From Bacteroidota bacterium (lineage in GTDB: Bacteria > Pseudomonadota > Alphaproteobacteria > Rhizobiales > Hyphomicrobiaceae): 64,000 bases of DNA. Both the position numbers and the translations under genes were made by a program. The stretch spans positions 2,456-66,455 of the forward strand of contig JBLNBZ010000137.1 in NCBI GenBank assembly GCA_050260355.1, read 5' to 3'. The notes below the pieces were generated by a model. It was not told the origin of the DNA, made no database searches, and saw nothing but the letters and a program-made list of their open reading frames with translations. Positions 9,502 through 18,493 of the stretch are shown one piece after another (the stretch's first letter is position 1; every line of letters begins with the position of its first letter).

Positions 9502-9609
9502 TCGGTGCAGGCCGTAAGTGCGGCCGTCGGATACGACGATGCGGCCTTCTTCAGGGACGTGTTCAAACGCTGCACCGGAATGACCCCTGGCGAGTACCGG
9601 GAAAACTTC
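9502..9609 (+). pseudogene. AraC-family regulator, C-terminal HTH remnant only
   Basis: SVQAVSAAVGYDDAAFFRDVFKRCTGMTPGEYRENF is the last helix-turn-helix of AraC/XylS proteins. No sensor domain or first HTH lies upstream, though weak similarity may reach back to about 9440. Confidence 0.55.
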
Positions 9610-9803
9610 ACTGGTGTCAGCGGCGCGCACCCGCATGCGGCTATGAAGCGAAGGGTCGCAGGCCGCGGGGCCTAGCGGGCAAGGGTGCGGCTCACCAGAA
9701 TCTGCCTGCGGCGGCTCCCCTTTTACGCCATTTTCCGCCACCCATATTCGCCCTGACCCGACAGCCCACCCCATCGGGCTTCGATCAAGTGTCCGCGAGG
9801 ATC

Positions 9804-10376
9804 ATGTTGCGCGTATTCCTCACCACCCGCCGGCGGGTGCTTCCGCTGGCCGCCCTTGTGGCGCTGCCCATGCTCCACGCCGCACTGCCGGCCGCTGCGG
9901 GCGAGCACCGCTACATCGCCTACACGACAGGCTACGCCAGCCTCGACAACACGCCACCGGGCGCGACCACCGTCGCGCTTGCCGGGCGATCGGGCCATGC
10001 CGGCGGCAGCGGCACGTTCGAGGACCCCATCACCCTTGCCGTGGGCCATTCGATCATCGGCGGCGTGGATATCGGCGACTTCCGCTACGGCACCAAATGG
10101 TACATCCCGAATCTGCGCAAATACTTCGTCGCCAAGGACAGCTGCGGGGACGGCGCCGCGCCGCAGTATGGTCCCTGCCACAGCGGCTACCAGGGTCACG
10201 TGTGGCTCGACCTCTACGTCGGCGCCTCGCTCGACGGCGGCGTGCGCGCGTGCGAGGAGCGCATCACGGGCCTGCACGTCGTCATCCAAAATCCCGCGCC
10301 GGACTATGCGGTCGATCCCGGGCCGATCTTCGACGGCGGCTGCCGGCAGTTCGGCGACATGATCGTGATGCGATAG
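9804..10376 (+). CDS. secreted protein, unknown function (possible 3D/DPBB-like fold)
   Basis: ATG 9804 and signal peptide MLRVFLTTRRRVLPLAALVALPMLHAALPAAAG. The mature part has four Cys and the pattern GTKWYIPNLRKYFVAKDSCGDG...VWLDLYVG. The 9213 start in the ORF track is not credible. Confidence 0.7.
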   Translation: MLRVFLTTRRRVLPLAALVALPMLHAALPAAAGEHRYIAYTTGYASLDNTPPGATTVALAGRSGHAGGSGTFEDPITLAVGHSIIGGVDIGDFRYGTKWYIPNLRKYFVAKDSCGDGAAPQYGPCHSGYQGHVWLDLYVGASLDGGVRACEERITGLHVVIQNPAPDYAVDPGPIFDGGCRQFGDMIVMR

Positions 10377-10419
10377 CGCGGCGCGCGGCGCAATGGTCAC
10401 GCCGCAGGCAGGTGCTCAA

Positions 10420-10995
10420 TCACCCCGTCGTATACCGCCGCCACGTGACGGTGACCTTCGTCCCGATCGGCACGCGCGGATAGAGATCCAGCACATCCTC
10501 ATTGTACATGCGGATGCAACCCTTTGAGACGGCCGTGCCGATGGTCCAAGGCGCGTCGGTGCCGTGGATGCGATACATGCTGGCGCCCAGATACAGCGCG
10601 CGCACGCCGAGCGGGTTCAGCGGATGTCCGCCCGGCAGATGCACCGGCAGGCGCGGGTTCTCGCGCCGCATCTCCGCAGTCGGTGTCCAGCCCGGATTGA
10701 CGCGCTTGTCGGAGACCGTCGTCACGCCCTGCCATCGGCTCTGCTCGCGCGGCACGGCGATCGGATAGCTGATGGCCTCGCCGCGCCTGTGCACCCAGTA
10801 GAGCTTGCGATCGCCGAAGCTGACGATGATCTGGCCAGGCTGCACGCTTCCGGGGAACGACACGACCTCTCGCGAGCCGCCGCCCCACAGGAACGACAGG
10901 AATCCTTGAGCGCTGGCCTGTGGGACCGCAACCAATTGTGGGCCGATCAACGCAAGTCCGCACACGAGCAGCGCGCATTTCCAGTCGCGTTTCAT
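10420..10995 (-). CDS. L,D-transpeptidase (YkuD domain)
   Basis: Catalytic block YRIHGTDAPWTIGTAVSKGCIRM. Signal peptide begins at MKRDWKCALLVCGLALIG (ATG at 10995). Confidence 0.85.
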   Translation of the reverse strand: MKRDWKCALLVCGLALIGPQLVAVPQASAQGFLSFLWGGGSREVVSFPGSVQPGQIIVSFGDRKLYWVHRRGEAISYPIAVPREQSRWQGVTTVSDKRVNPGWTPTAEMRRENPRLPVHLPGGHPLNPLGVRALYLGASMYRIHGTDAPWTIGTAVSKGCIRMYNEDVLDLYPRVPIGTKVTVTWRRYTTG

Positions 10996-11174
10996 GGCTT
11001 CCCCCTCGGCTGGTTCTTGAAGGCCGCAAGCTTCGCCTCGCGACTCCGAAAGCAGAAAAGTGGCGCGAGCTTGATGGCCGACTCGAAGATACGCGGAAAG
11101 GTTAAGAAAGCCGTGCATGGCCGCGGGTGCGGACAGGTCCGTGGCGGTTCGGCGACTCTGGGGCGGGCGCCGTC

Positions 11175-11798
11175 TCAGCGCCGGGTGGCTGCGTCGTAGG
11201 CGTCAACCGCTGCCTTGGCGCGCTCGGCGATGCCCGCCAACGTCGCGCCGGGCTTGTAGAGGTAGCTGCCAAGGCCGAAGCCGGCGCAGCCCGCGGCCAG
11301 AAAGTCAGCGAAGGTTTCGGGATTGGCGCCGCCGACAGCGTAAAGCGGCATCTCGGGCGGCAGCACGGCCTTCATCGCCTTTATTCCGGCAACGCCCAGC
11401 ACTTCGGCGGGGAAGAATTTCAGGCCGTGCGCGCCGGCGCGGATGGCGCGGAACGCCTCAGTCGGCGTGAACACACCGGGATAGGAGCGCAGGCCGCGGG
11501 CGAGCGTCCGCGCAATGACAGCCTCGTTGCAGTCGGGCGACACGACGAAGCTGCCGCCCGCCTCGGCCACCGCATCGACCTCGTCCGGGCTCAGCACGGT
11601 GCCTGCGCCGATCGACGCCCTGCCCCGAAGTGCCGCCGCAGCCGCGCGGATCGAGTCGACCGGGCGCGGCGAGTTGAGCGGTACCTCGATCATGGCGATG
11701 CCGGCCTTCGCCAGCGTCTCGCAGACGGCGACGGCCTCGTCGGGGGTGATGCCGCGCAGGATCGCGATCAGGTGTCGTGGCTCTGTTGTCATCGCCAT
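11175..11798 (-). CDS. dgoA: 2-dehydro-3-deoxy-6-phosphogalactonate aldolase
   Basis: KDPG/KDPGal aldolase fold (IAILRGITPDE...IEVPLNSP...GAGTVL...FPA) directly downstream of a DgoK-like kinase. Confidence 0.8.
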   Translation of the reverse strand: MAMTTEPRHLIAILRGITPDEAVAVCETLAKAGIAMIEVPLNSPRPVDSIRAAAAALRGRASIGAGTVLSPDEVDAVAEAGGSFVVSPDCNEAVIARTLARGLRSYPGVFTPTEAFRAIRAGAHGLKFFPAEVLGVAGIKAMKAVLPPEMPLYAVGGANPETFADFLAAGCAGFGLGSYLYKPGATLAGIAERAKAAVDAYDAATRR

Positions 11799-11817
11799 AT
11801 CTCTGCGGCGCTCCCCT

Positions 11818-12738
11818 TCATCCTTGCTGTCTCGCGGCCTTCAGCCCGGCGAGGGTCGCCTCAGTGCCGTCCATGATCAGCGTTTTGACGCCGATCATCG
11901 CCACACCCTTGGCATAAAGTCCGGCCAGCGCGGCATCGCCGACGAGGGCAATCTCGCCGGCCCCCACCCAGTCGCGGTGCGCGCCGATCTCGGAGCCGAT
12001 GAGCAGCCCCGAGAGGAAGCCGGCGCACCACGCCGATGTCCGTCCAGATAGAAGCGAGCCCGCACGAACCTTGAACAGCATAGCCGACAGCTTCTGCGGC
12101 GCCTCGATCCCGGCAGCAAGGCCGGCGTCGCCCCCTTCCTCGCGGTCGGGTCCGTGCATCGGTCCGCTGAAGGAATGGCGCAGCACCGAATGCGTGCGCA
12201 AGAGCTCGAAAAGCTCGCCCGTCATCGCCGTGGCGAAGCGCTCCACGCGCCGGCCAGCGAGCCGAACCCACTTGGAATGCGTCCCGGGCATGCAGACGAC
12301 ACCGTCGAACCCGGGTCGCAGCGTCGTCAGGCCCAGAAGCTGCGTCTCCTCTCCCCGCATCACGTCTTCCGCGCCGGCAAGCCTTTGGCACACGCCAGGA
12401 AGAATGCGTGGTGAGAGGCGCGCGCCGGGCATTGCGGGAGCGACGGCGCCTGCGGCCAGAGCGCCGAGATCGGCCGGCGCATCGAGATAGGGCGCCTCGA
12501 TCCAGCCCTGCCTTGCGCCGGCCATGCCGCAGATCAGCGTGTCGATCCGCGGGCCTGTCGCGGCCAGGTCATCCGCGACGAGGCTGCTCAGGACCTGCGC
12601 ATACGCGTTGGGGGTGAGCCGGCTCATGCCCTGGTCGGACGTGCGTTGGAACAGCACGTCCCCGCGCGGCCCGATGCCCCACGCGCGCAGGTTGGACGTC
12701 CCCCAGTCGACAGCGATCCATTCGGCTTCGGCAGTCAC
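11818..12738 (-). CDS. dgoK: 2-dehydro-3-deoxygalactonokinase
   Basis: N-terminal WIAVDWGTSNLRAW and later MPGTHSKWV are DgoK hallmarks. Confidence 0.8.
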   Translation of the reverse strand: MTAEAEWIAVDWGTSNLRAWGIGPRGDVLFQRTSDQGMSRLTPNAYAQVLSSLVADDLAATGPRIDTLICGMAGARQGWIEAPYLDAPADLGALAAGAVAPAMPGARLSPRILPGVCQRLAGAEDVMRGEETQLLGLTTLRPGFDGVVCMPGTHSKWVRLAGRRVERFATAMTGELFELLRTHSVLRHSFSGPMHGPDREEGGDAGLAAGIEAPQKLSAMLFKVRAGSLLSGRTSAWCAGFLSGLLIGSEIGAHRDWVGAGEIALVGDAALAGLYAKGVAMIGVKTLIMDGTEATLAGLKAARQQG

Positions 12739-12804
12739 TCTGGCCTCGCAGACTTCCGCGACGCAGCGCCGGCAGGCGCCGACCGAAGGTGCTTCGGCAG
12801 CCCG

Positions 12805-13686
12805 CTAGGCTACCCCCGCCGCCTTCGCCCGAGCCATCACCTTCTCCGCCAGCTTCAGATGCGGCCGGTCGAGCATGCGTCCGTTGAGGCTCGCCACGCC
12901 CGCCTCGGGATTGCCGGCGAACGCGCCGATCACCGCCTGCGCATGTGCGATCTCATCGGCGCTCGGCGTGAACGTCTCGTTGATGGCCGCCACCTGATCG
13001 GGATGGATGGCGATCTTGCCCGTGAACCCGTCGCGCGCCGCCTCGCGCGCCTCCTGTCGCAGGCCCGCGTCGTTGCGGAAATCGACGAACACGCTGTCGA
13101 TCGGCTGCACGCCGGCGGCCACGCACGTCATCAGGCACAGATCGCGCACCAGCCGGTAGGGCGAGGTCAGGGCGCCGTCCGCGCCGCGGCTCGAGAGTGA
13201 GCCGACGACAGCGGACAGGTCCTCAGCGCCCCACGTCATGCCGACCACGCGCGAGCTCGCGCCGATGTACGTGGGCAGCCGCAGCACCGAAACTGCCGTC
13301 TCCGTCACGATCGGCAGGATGCGCGTCGCGCCGCGCTCGAGCCCTGCGCGCTCCTCGTGATGTCCGAGCGCGATCGACAGCCGGTGGACGTCCTCGCCCG
13401 AGTCGGGCTTCGGCTGCATGATGCCGTCGGGTCCGGCCGGCATGACGCCGGCAAGGTCCGCCTCCGCATCCGCGCTGTCGAGCGGATTGATGCGCACATA
13501 GAGGCGCGGGCGCCCGGAAGCAGGGGCGTTCGCCTTGATGAACTCGGCCGCCATGGCGCGCGCCTGCGGACGCCGCGCAGGGGCTACCGAGTCCTCCAGA
13601 TCGAGGATCAGCACGTCGGCGCCGGCCGACAGCGCCTTGGCGAGCTTGCGCTCGCTGTCGGCCGGAACGAACAGGTACGAGCGCAT
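12805..13686 (-). CDS. HpcH/HpaI aldolase / CitE-like CoA-ester lyase
   Basis: MRSYLFVPADSERKLAKALSAGADVLILDLEDSV is the CitE / malyl-CoA / citramalyl-CoA lyase N-terminus. The start is taken at that Met (13686). Confidence 0.85.
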   Translation of the reverse strand: MRSYLFVPADSERKLAKALSAGADVLILDLEDSVAPARRPQARAMAAEFIKANAPASGRPRLYVRINPLDSADAEADLAGVMPAGPDGIMQPKPDSGEDVHRLSIALGHHEERAGLERGATRILPIVTETAVSVLRLPTYIGASSRVVGMTWGAEDLSAVVGSLSSRGADGALTSPYRLVRDLCLMTCVAAGVQPIDSVFVDFRNDAGLRQEAREAARDGFTGKIAIHPDQVAAINETFTPSADEIAHAQAVIGAFAGNPEAGVASLNGRMLDRPHLKLAEKVMARAKAAGVA

Positions 13687-13694
13687 AAGGAACC

Positions 13695-14159
13695 TCAGTT
13701 CGTAGGCTTGGTGGGCTTGGTGCGCATGAAGCCCTGACGCAGACATTCCGCCACGAGCTCGTCGCGCTGGTTGAACGCACGGTGCCGGAACACGACGATG
13801 CCGGCATCGGGGCGCGAGCGGCTCTTGCGTTTCGACACGATCTCAGTCGTCGCATGAAGCGTATCACCATGGAAGACCGGCTTGGGGAACTTCACGTCGG
13901 TCATCCCGAGGTTGCCGATCGTCGTGCCGATGGTCGTGTCGTTGACCGAGATGCCGATCATCAGGCCGAGCGTGAAGATGCTGTTGACCAGTGGCCGCCC
14001 CCATTCCGAGGCCGCCGCGAAGTGATGGTCGATGTGCAACGGCTGTGGGTTGTGCGTCAGGCAGGAGAAGAGTGTGTTGTCCATCTCGGTCACTGTCCGC
14101 CGGATCGGATGCTCGATCACGTGCCCGACCTTAAGCTCCTCGAAATAGAGACCCTGCAT
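13695..14159 (-). CDS. MaoC-family (R)-hydratase, single hot-dog domain
   Basis: [18 protein letters not shown]...NPQPLHID... is typical of MaoC dehydratases. It lies 8 nt upstream of the CitE-like gene. The tracked 235-aa ORF overextends into nadK. Confidence 0.85.
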   Translation of the reverse strand: MQGLYFEELKVGHVIEHPIRRTVTEMDNTLFSCLTHNPQPLHIDHHFAAASEWGRPLVNSIFTLGLMIGISVNDTTIGTTIGNLGMTDVKFPKPVFHGDTLHATTEIVSKRKSRSRPDAGIVVFRHRAFNQRDELVAECLRQGFMRTKPTKPTN

Positions 14160-14299
14160 CCAAAACCTCCGGGAATAGTAGTACCGCCCACGCGCCGGTG
14201 CAGGGTTTTGCTCTGGCGCTGCGCACTTGGCAAGCGTCGCGTAAGAGGCTGCTTCGTATACGGACCACGCACGCTGGCCGTGGCTGCAGCCGGGTTCCC

Positions 14300-15082
14300 C
14301 TAGTAGCGGAACTGCTCGGACAGGATGCGCTCGTCGAGGCTGTGATCGGGGTCGAACATCATGTAGAGGTTGACCTCGCGCGCCTCGGCCACTTGCACAC
14401 ACAGCACGCCGCGCGTCTCGACATTATCGGCGACCGCGCTCACAGGGCGCTTGTCCGGCTCCAGCACGTCGATCTTGATCGCCGCCCGATTGGGCAGCAG
14501 GGCCCCGCGCCAGCGCCGCGGCCTGAACGCGCTGATCGGGGTGAGGGCGAGCAGCGACGCATTGATCGGCAGAATGGGCCCGTAAGCGGAGAGGTTGTAA
14601 GCCGTCGAGCCGGCCGGCGTCGCCACCAGCACGCCGTCGCAGGCAAGCTCCTCGAGCCGCACGTGCCCGTCGACCGAGATCCTGAGCTTGGCTGCCTGGT
14701 GCGTTTCGCGGAACAGCGACACTTCGTTGATGGCGAGGTGCTCGTGGCGCTTGCCGTGGCGGTCGTCGGCGCACATCGACAGCGGGTGGATGCAACTGAC
14801 CTCCGCACGCTCCAGGCGCCCGATCAGGTCATCCTCACGGAACTCGTTCATCAGGAACCCAACCGAGCCCCGATGCATTCCGTAGATCGGAATATGATCG
14901 TGCATGACGCGGTGCAGCGTCTGCAGCATTAGTCCGTCGCCGCCGAGCGCGACAATGGCGTCAGCCGACTTGAGCTCGGCGTTGCCGTACCGTGCCACTA
15001 GCCGCGCCAGCGCATCGCGTGCTTCCGGCACCTCGCTGGCGACGAACGCAATCCGCTCGAACTTACCCGGTTTCTTTGCCAT
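14300..15082 (-). CDS. nadK: NAD+ kinase
   Basis: GGDGLML motif ([15 protein letters not shown]) and NE..L block; the length fits NadK/PpnK. Confidence 0.9.
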   Translation of the reverse strand: MAKKPGKFERIAFVASEVPEARDALARLVARYGNAELKSADAIVALGGDGLMLQTLHRVMHDHIPIYGMHRGSVGFLMNEFREDDLIGRLERAEVSCIHPLSMCADDRHGKRHEHLAINEVSLFRETHQAAKLRISVDGHVRLEELACDGVLVATPAGSTAYNLSAYGPILPINASLLALTPISAFRPRRWRGALLPNRAAIKIDVLEPDKRPVSAVADNVETRGVLCVQVAEAREVNLYMMFDPDHSLDERILSEQFRY

Positions 15083-15146
15083 GCTGGGTGTGTGACCTGC
15101 CTAGGCGGCCCGCGGGCCGCCGCAGACGAATGGAAGGCTGGCGCAA

Positions 15147-15485
15147 GTGCAGGAAAACGACAAGCCAATTCTCATCTATTCGACCTTCCCGTCTCCTGAG
15201 GAGGCGGAGCGCGTCGGAGGCGAGCTTGTTGAGCGCGGATTGGCGGCCTGCGTCAACATTATCCCCGGCATGACAGCCATCTACATCTGGCAGGGGCAGC
15301 GCCACCGCGATTCCGAGTGCGTCATGATCATCAAGACCAGGGTCGGTCTGGCAGACCAGGTGATCGGGGAGGCAAGAAAGCTCCATCCCTATTCCAATCC
15401 GGCGTTGCTGGTTCTGCCGGTGGAGGGCGGCTCTCTCGACTTCGCGCGTTGGATTGCCGAGCAGACCGGCGGACATGCAACTTGA
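15147..15485 (+). CDS. cutA: divalent-cation tolerance protein CutA
   Basis: GTG start. GLAACVNIIPGMTAIYIWQG and PYSNPALLVLPVEGG match the CutA1 family. Confidence 0.85.
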   Translation: MQENDKPILIYSTFPSPEEAERVGGELVERGLAACVNIIPGMTAIYIWQGQRHRDSECVMIIKTRVGLADQVIGEARKLHPYSNPALLVLPVEGGSLDFARWIAEQTGGHAT

Positions 15486-15511
15486 GATTTACCATCAGCG
15501 GGGAATGATCC

Positions 15512-16159
15512 ATGCAGAGTAACCTCAACGCTGCGCTGGGCGAGGCGCTCGCTGCTGGCGTGGTCGTGCCCGTGCTGACCATCGAGACGCCGGACGATGG
15601 TGTCGAGGTCGCGCGTGCGCTCGAGCGCGGCGGCCTCAATCTGATCGAGATCACCTTGCGCACGCCGGCTGCCGTCGAGGTCATCCGGCGCATCGCAGCC
15701 GAGGTTCCGCAGGTGCGCGTCGGCGCGGGCACGGTGCTCGACCCGGAGCAGGCCGCAAAGGCAATCGAGGCAGGCGCCCGCTTCATCGTTTCCCCCGGCA
15801 TGACGCCGCGTCTGCTCGAGGCGGCCGACAAATGGCCGGTTCCGTATCTGCCTGGCGTCGCCACCGCATCGGAGGCGATGGCTCTGTCGGATCTCGGCTA
15901 CCGGGCGCTCAAGTTCTTTCCCGCGGAGCCGGCTGGCGGCGTCACCTATCTCAAAGCGCTGGCAGCACCCCTGCGAGGCATCTCGTTCTGTCCTACCGGC
16001 GGCATCGATGCGTCCAACGCGGCAGCCTATCTCGCCCTGCCGAACGTGGCGGCTGTCGGCGGCTCGTGGGTCGCGCCGGCCAAGGAGATTGGCGCGCGTG
16101 ACTGGCTTGCAATCACCGGGCTGGCGCACCAGGCGGCGAGCTTGCGCGCAAAGCGCTGA
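15512..16159 (+). CDS. eda: 2-dehydro-3-deoxy-phosphogluconate (KDPG) aldolase
   Basis: VVPVLTIE...IEITLRTP...GAGTVL...KFFPAE...FCPTGGI are Eda motifs. Confidence 0.85.
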   Translation: MQSNLNAALGEALAAGVVVPVLTIETPDDGVEVARALERGGLNLIEITLRTPAAVEVIRRIAAEVPQVRVGAGTVLDPEQAAKAIEAGARFIVSPGMTPRLLEAADKWPVPYLPGVATASEAMALSDLGYRALKFFPAEPAGGVTYLKALAAPLRGISFCPTGGIDASNAAAYLALPNVAAVGGSWVAPAKEIGARDWLAITGLAHQAASLRAKR

Positions 16160-17111
16160 GCGCTTCGGCCGTCGCGTCGCGCGGCACGATGGCGCCGCGG
16201 TGCTGGATCACGACACCCGCCAGCCGGTGCCCCGCGAGAGCGGCAGCCTCCGCTGCGAGGCCCCGCATCCGAGCGGCCAGATAGGCGGCGTTGAAGCTGT
16301 CGCCGGCTCCCGTGGTGTCGATCGCCTTGATCCGCTGCGGCGCCGGCACCTCGATCTCCTGCGAGCCCGCTCGAACGAGCGCGCCTTCGGATCCGAGCTT
16401 CACCGCAATCTCCCGCACGCCGAGATCGCATAAGCGCGCGGCTGTCGCCTGCGGGCTGCGGTCGCCCCACAGTTGCGCCTCGTCGTCGAAGGTCGGCAAT
16501 CCCACGTCACTCAGCGCCCAGAAGTGACCCATGACGCTCTGCGCGCGGCTCCGATCAGGCCAGCCTCGCGGGCGGAAGTTGCTATCCATCACAATGGTGG
16601 CGCCGGCGGTGCGCGCCGCGGCGAGCGCTTCAGCGAAGCGTGCAAGCCCGCGGTCTGAGTAGAGGGAAAGCGTGATGCCGGAGAAGTAGACCAACCCGGC
16701 TTTCGTCAAGGCCTCGATCACCCCTGCGGCGCCCGGGCCATCGAGCAGCTCCCGCGCCGGCGAGCGATCGCGCCAGTAGTAGAACGTGCGCTCGCCCTGC
16801 GCGTTGGTCTCGATCAGGTAGAGGCCGGGCATCCGCCCAGGAACCACGACGGTCGGGTGCGTCCCGACGCCCTCGGCGCGCGCCAGCTCGAGAATGCCGG
16901 AGCTGTAAGGATCATCGCCCAGAGCCGTCGCGTAGGCCACGTCGACGCCCGCGCGGGCAAGATAGACAGCCGTATTGAAGGTGTCTCCGCCGTATGCGAG
17001 CCCGAACCGGCCGTCTGTCCCTTTGGCAAGCTCGACCATGCACTCGCCGACGGCGATGACGGGGCCGCGATGGGGGGTGATGGCTTCTGGCACGGGCGAT
17101 CCGCTTTGCAA
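16113..17111 (-). CDS. kdgK: PfkB-family sugar kinase, 2-dehydro-3-deoxygluconokinase-like
   Basis: GGDTFNTAVYLAR at the N-terminus and DTTGAGDSFNAAYLA at the C-terminus are PfkB signatures. Its 3' end overlaps eda by 47 nt, convergently. Confidence 0.8.
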   Translation of the reverse strand: MQSGSPVPEAITPHRGPVIAVGECMVELAKGTDGRFGLAYGGDTFNTAVYLARAGVDVAYATALGDDPYSSGILELARAEGVGTHPTVVVPGRMPGLYLIETNAQGERTFYYWRDRSPARELLDGPGAAGVIEALTKAGLVYFSGITLSLYSDRGLARFAEALAAARTAGATIVMDSNFRPRGWPDRSRAQSVMGHFWALSDVGLPTFDDEAQLWGDRSPQATAARLCDLGVREIAVKLGSEGALVRAGSQEIEVPAPQRIKAIDTTGAGDSFNAAYLAARMRGLAAEAAALAGHRLAGVVIQHRGAIVPRDATAEALSALRASSPPGAPAR

Positions 17112-17168
17112 TGTGGGGCGCCCAGCCTACTTCACTTGCGGCCCGTTGTGCGATGCCGCCGGCCGGCC

Positions 17169-18209
17169 TCAGGGCGCGTTGCGCAGCGAAGTTGCCAGCA
17201 TCTGCCGCGTCGAGCCCTTCCGCGCGGCATAGGAGGACCTGGACGGTGCCGCACGCCGCTCGGCGCGCCGGTGCTCCGGCGCATGCGCCGCATGGGCCGA
17301 AGCGGTGGCGCCGGACTGCTCGCCGGTGGCAGCCGCCGCCGGAATGCTCAGGCCCGCAGACGATTGCTGCTCGTCCGTTGAGCCGAGCGCGGCGTGGCTC
17401 TGCCTGCGCCGCGCCTCCTCCAGCGCAATCTCCGCGCGCTCGGAGGCGCCTGCGATGGGCGCGCCCACTGCCATGCGTCCTTGCAGCAGCTCGTGCCGCG
17501 CTTCCGGTAATGGCTCGAGTGCGGCACGGGCGCGGAATCTCGCGTCGGCGGAGCTTGCGCCGGCTTTATGCCCGCCTTTCTGCTGCGCCACGATGGCGCG
17601 TGGCAAGCAGCGCCCGCCGGCACCTGCAACCTGTCCCTTCGGACAGTCTCCGCCGCAGGCAATGCCTTTGTGGCTCTGTACGAGCGACAGGAGAATGTAA
17701 TCGGCTTCCTCGACCGGCAGGGCCGCGTTGACCCGTTCGGTGAATGCCTTCATTGCGTTCCTGGTGCTGCTGCTCCACCAGCCGTGCACCTCGCCTCCGT
17801 AGCAGCCAACCCGCTTCAGCTCGCGCTGAATATCGCGCACGAGCTCGGCCCGCGCCGCCGCGTCTCCTGGTTTGGATGAGGAGAGCCTCAGGGTCGATGG
17901 GGAGGTCGTGACAGCTCTAGGCGCGAAAGTTTCGTCCGCCTCGGCAACAGCCACTGTTCCCCACGATCCGCCGGCTGGAGAAGCATTGGGTTGGGTCGTG
18001 GCGCGGCTCGCCTGCGCGACGGGGTCTTTGGGGGAGGACACCCTGGGGGTGCCAGTGCTCTGTGTCGTTGCAACTGCACGGGAAGCGGGCTGGGAGGACG
18101 CTAGATCGATCGCGGCACGCTTGTGGTTTGACCCCAGCGTCCAGGCGTAGGCGGCGGCGCCAATCCCCGCGACCGCGAGCGCCAACGCGAACTTGAGACT
18201 CATATGCAA
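17169..18209 (-). CDS. membrane-anchored protein with peptidoglycan-binding (PG_binding_1-like) domain
   Basis: N-terminal anchor MSLKFALALAVAGIGAAAYA and central LVRDIQRELKRVGCYGGEVHGWWSSSTRNAMKAFTERVN, with low-complexity flanks. Confidence 0.7.
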   Translation of the reverse strand: MHMSLKFALALAVAGIGAAAYAWTLGSNHKRAAIDLASSQPASRAVATTQSTGTPRVSSPKDPVAQASRATTQPNASPAGGSWGTVAVAEADETFAPRAVTTSPSTLRLSSSKPGDAAARAELVRDIQRELKRVGCYGGEVHGWWSSSTRNAMKAFTERVNAALPVEEADYILLSLVQSHKGIACGGDCPKGQVAGAGGRCLPRAIVAQQKGGHKAGASSADARFRARAALEPLPEARHELLQGRMAVGAPIAGASERAEIALEEARRRQSHAALGSTDEQQSSAGLSIPAAAATGEQSGATASAHAAHAPEHRRAERRAAPSRSSYAARKGSTRQMLATSLRNAP

Positions 18210-18450
18210 CTCCGCTGCGCCTTGCCCCGCGAATGCCCTCGCCGCACCGGTCAGGCGCCCTTGCGAACAACCACTATCAACGCACTCGAGGCCATCAGGT
18301 TCTGCCCGTGATCGGATATTTTGATATAGGGCGGCGGCCTTTGGCGTCGATCACCTGAGGCGCTCACATTCCCGTCAATTTGCGCGCACATCGAAGCTGC
18401 GCGATCCGTCAGCAGGCCGGCAGGCCCCCCTGTGTAAAACTCTGCTCGGC

Positions 18451-18493
18451 GGTGGATGAACTGTGGATACGTGGCGGCGCGTTCTGTGGATAG
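18451..18493 (+). promoter_or_regulatory. cluster of three DnaA-box-like repeats
   Basis: GGTGGATGA (18451-59), TGTGGATAC (18462-70) and TGTGGATAG (18485-93), all in the same orientation. The last two match 8 of 9 positions of TGTGGATAA, the complement of TTATCCACA. Function not established. Confidence 0.3.

Noticed and set aside
11175-16159. dgoA and eda as a possible DNA duplication
   Set aside because: They are paralogous aldolases with similar motifs, but the nucleotide sequences are clearly different. Not a repeat.
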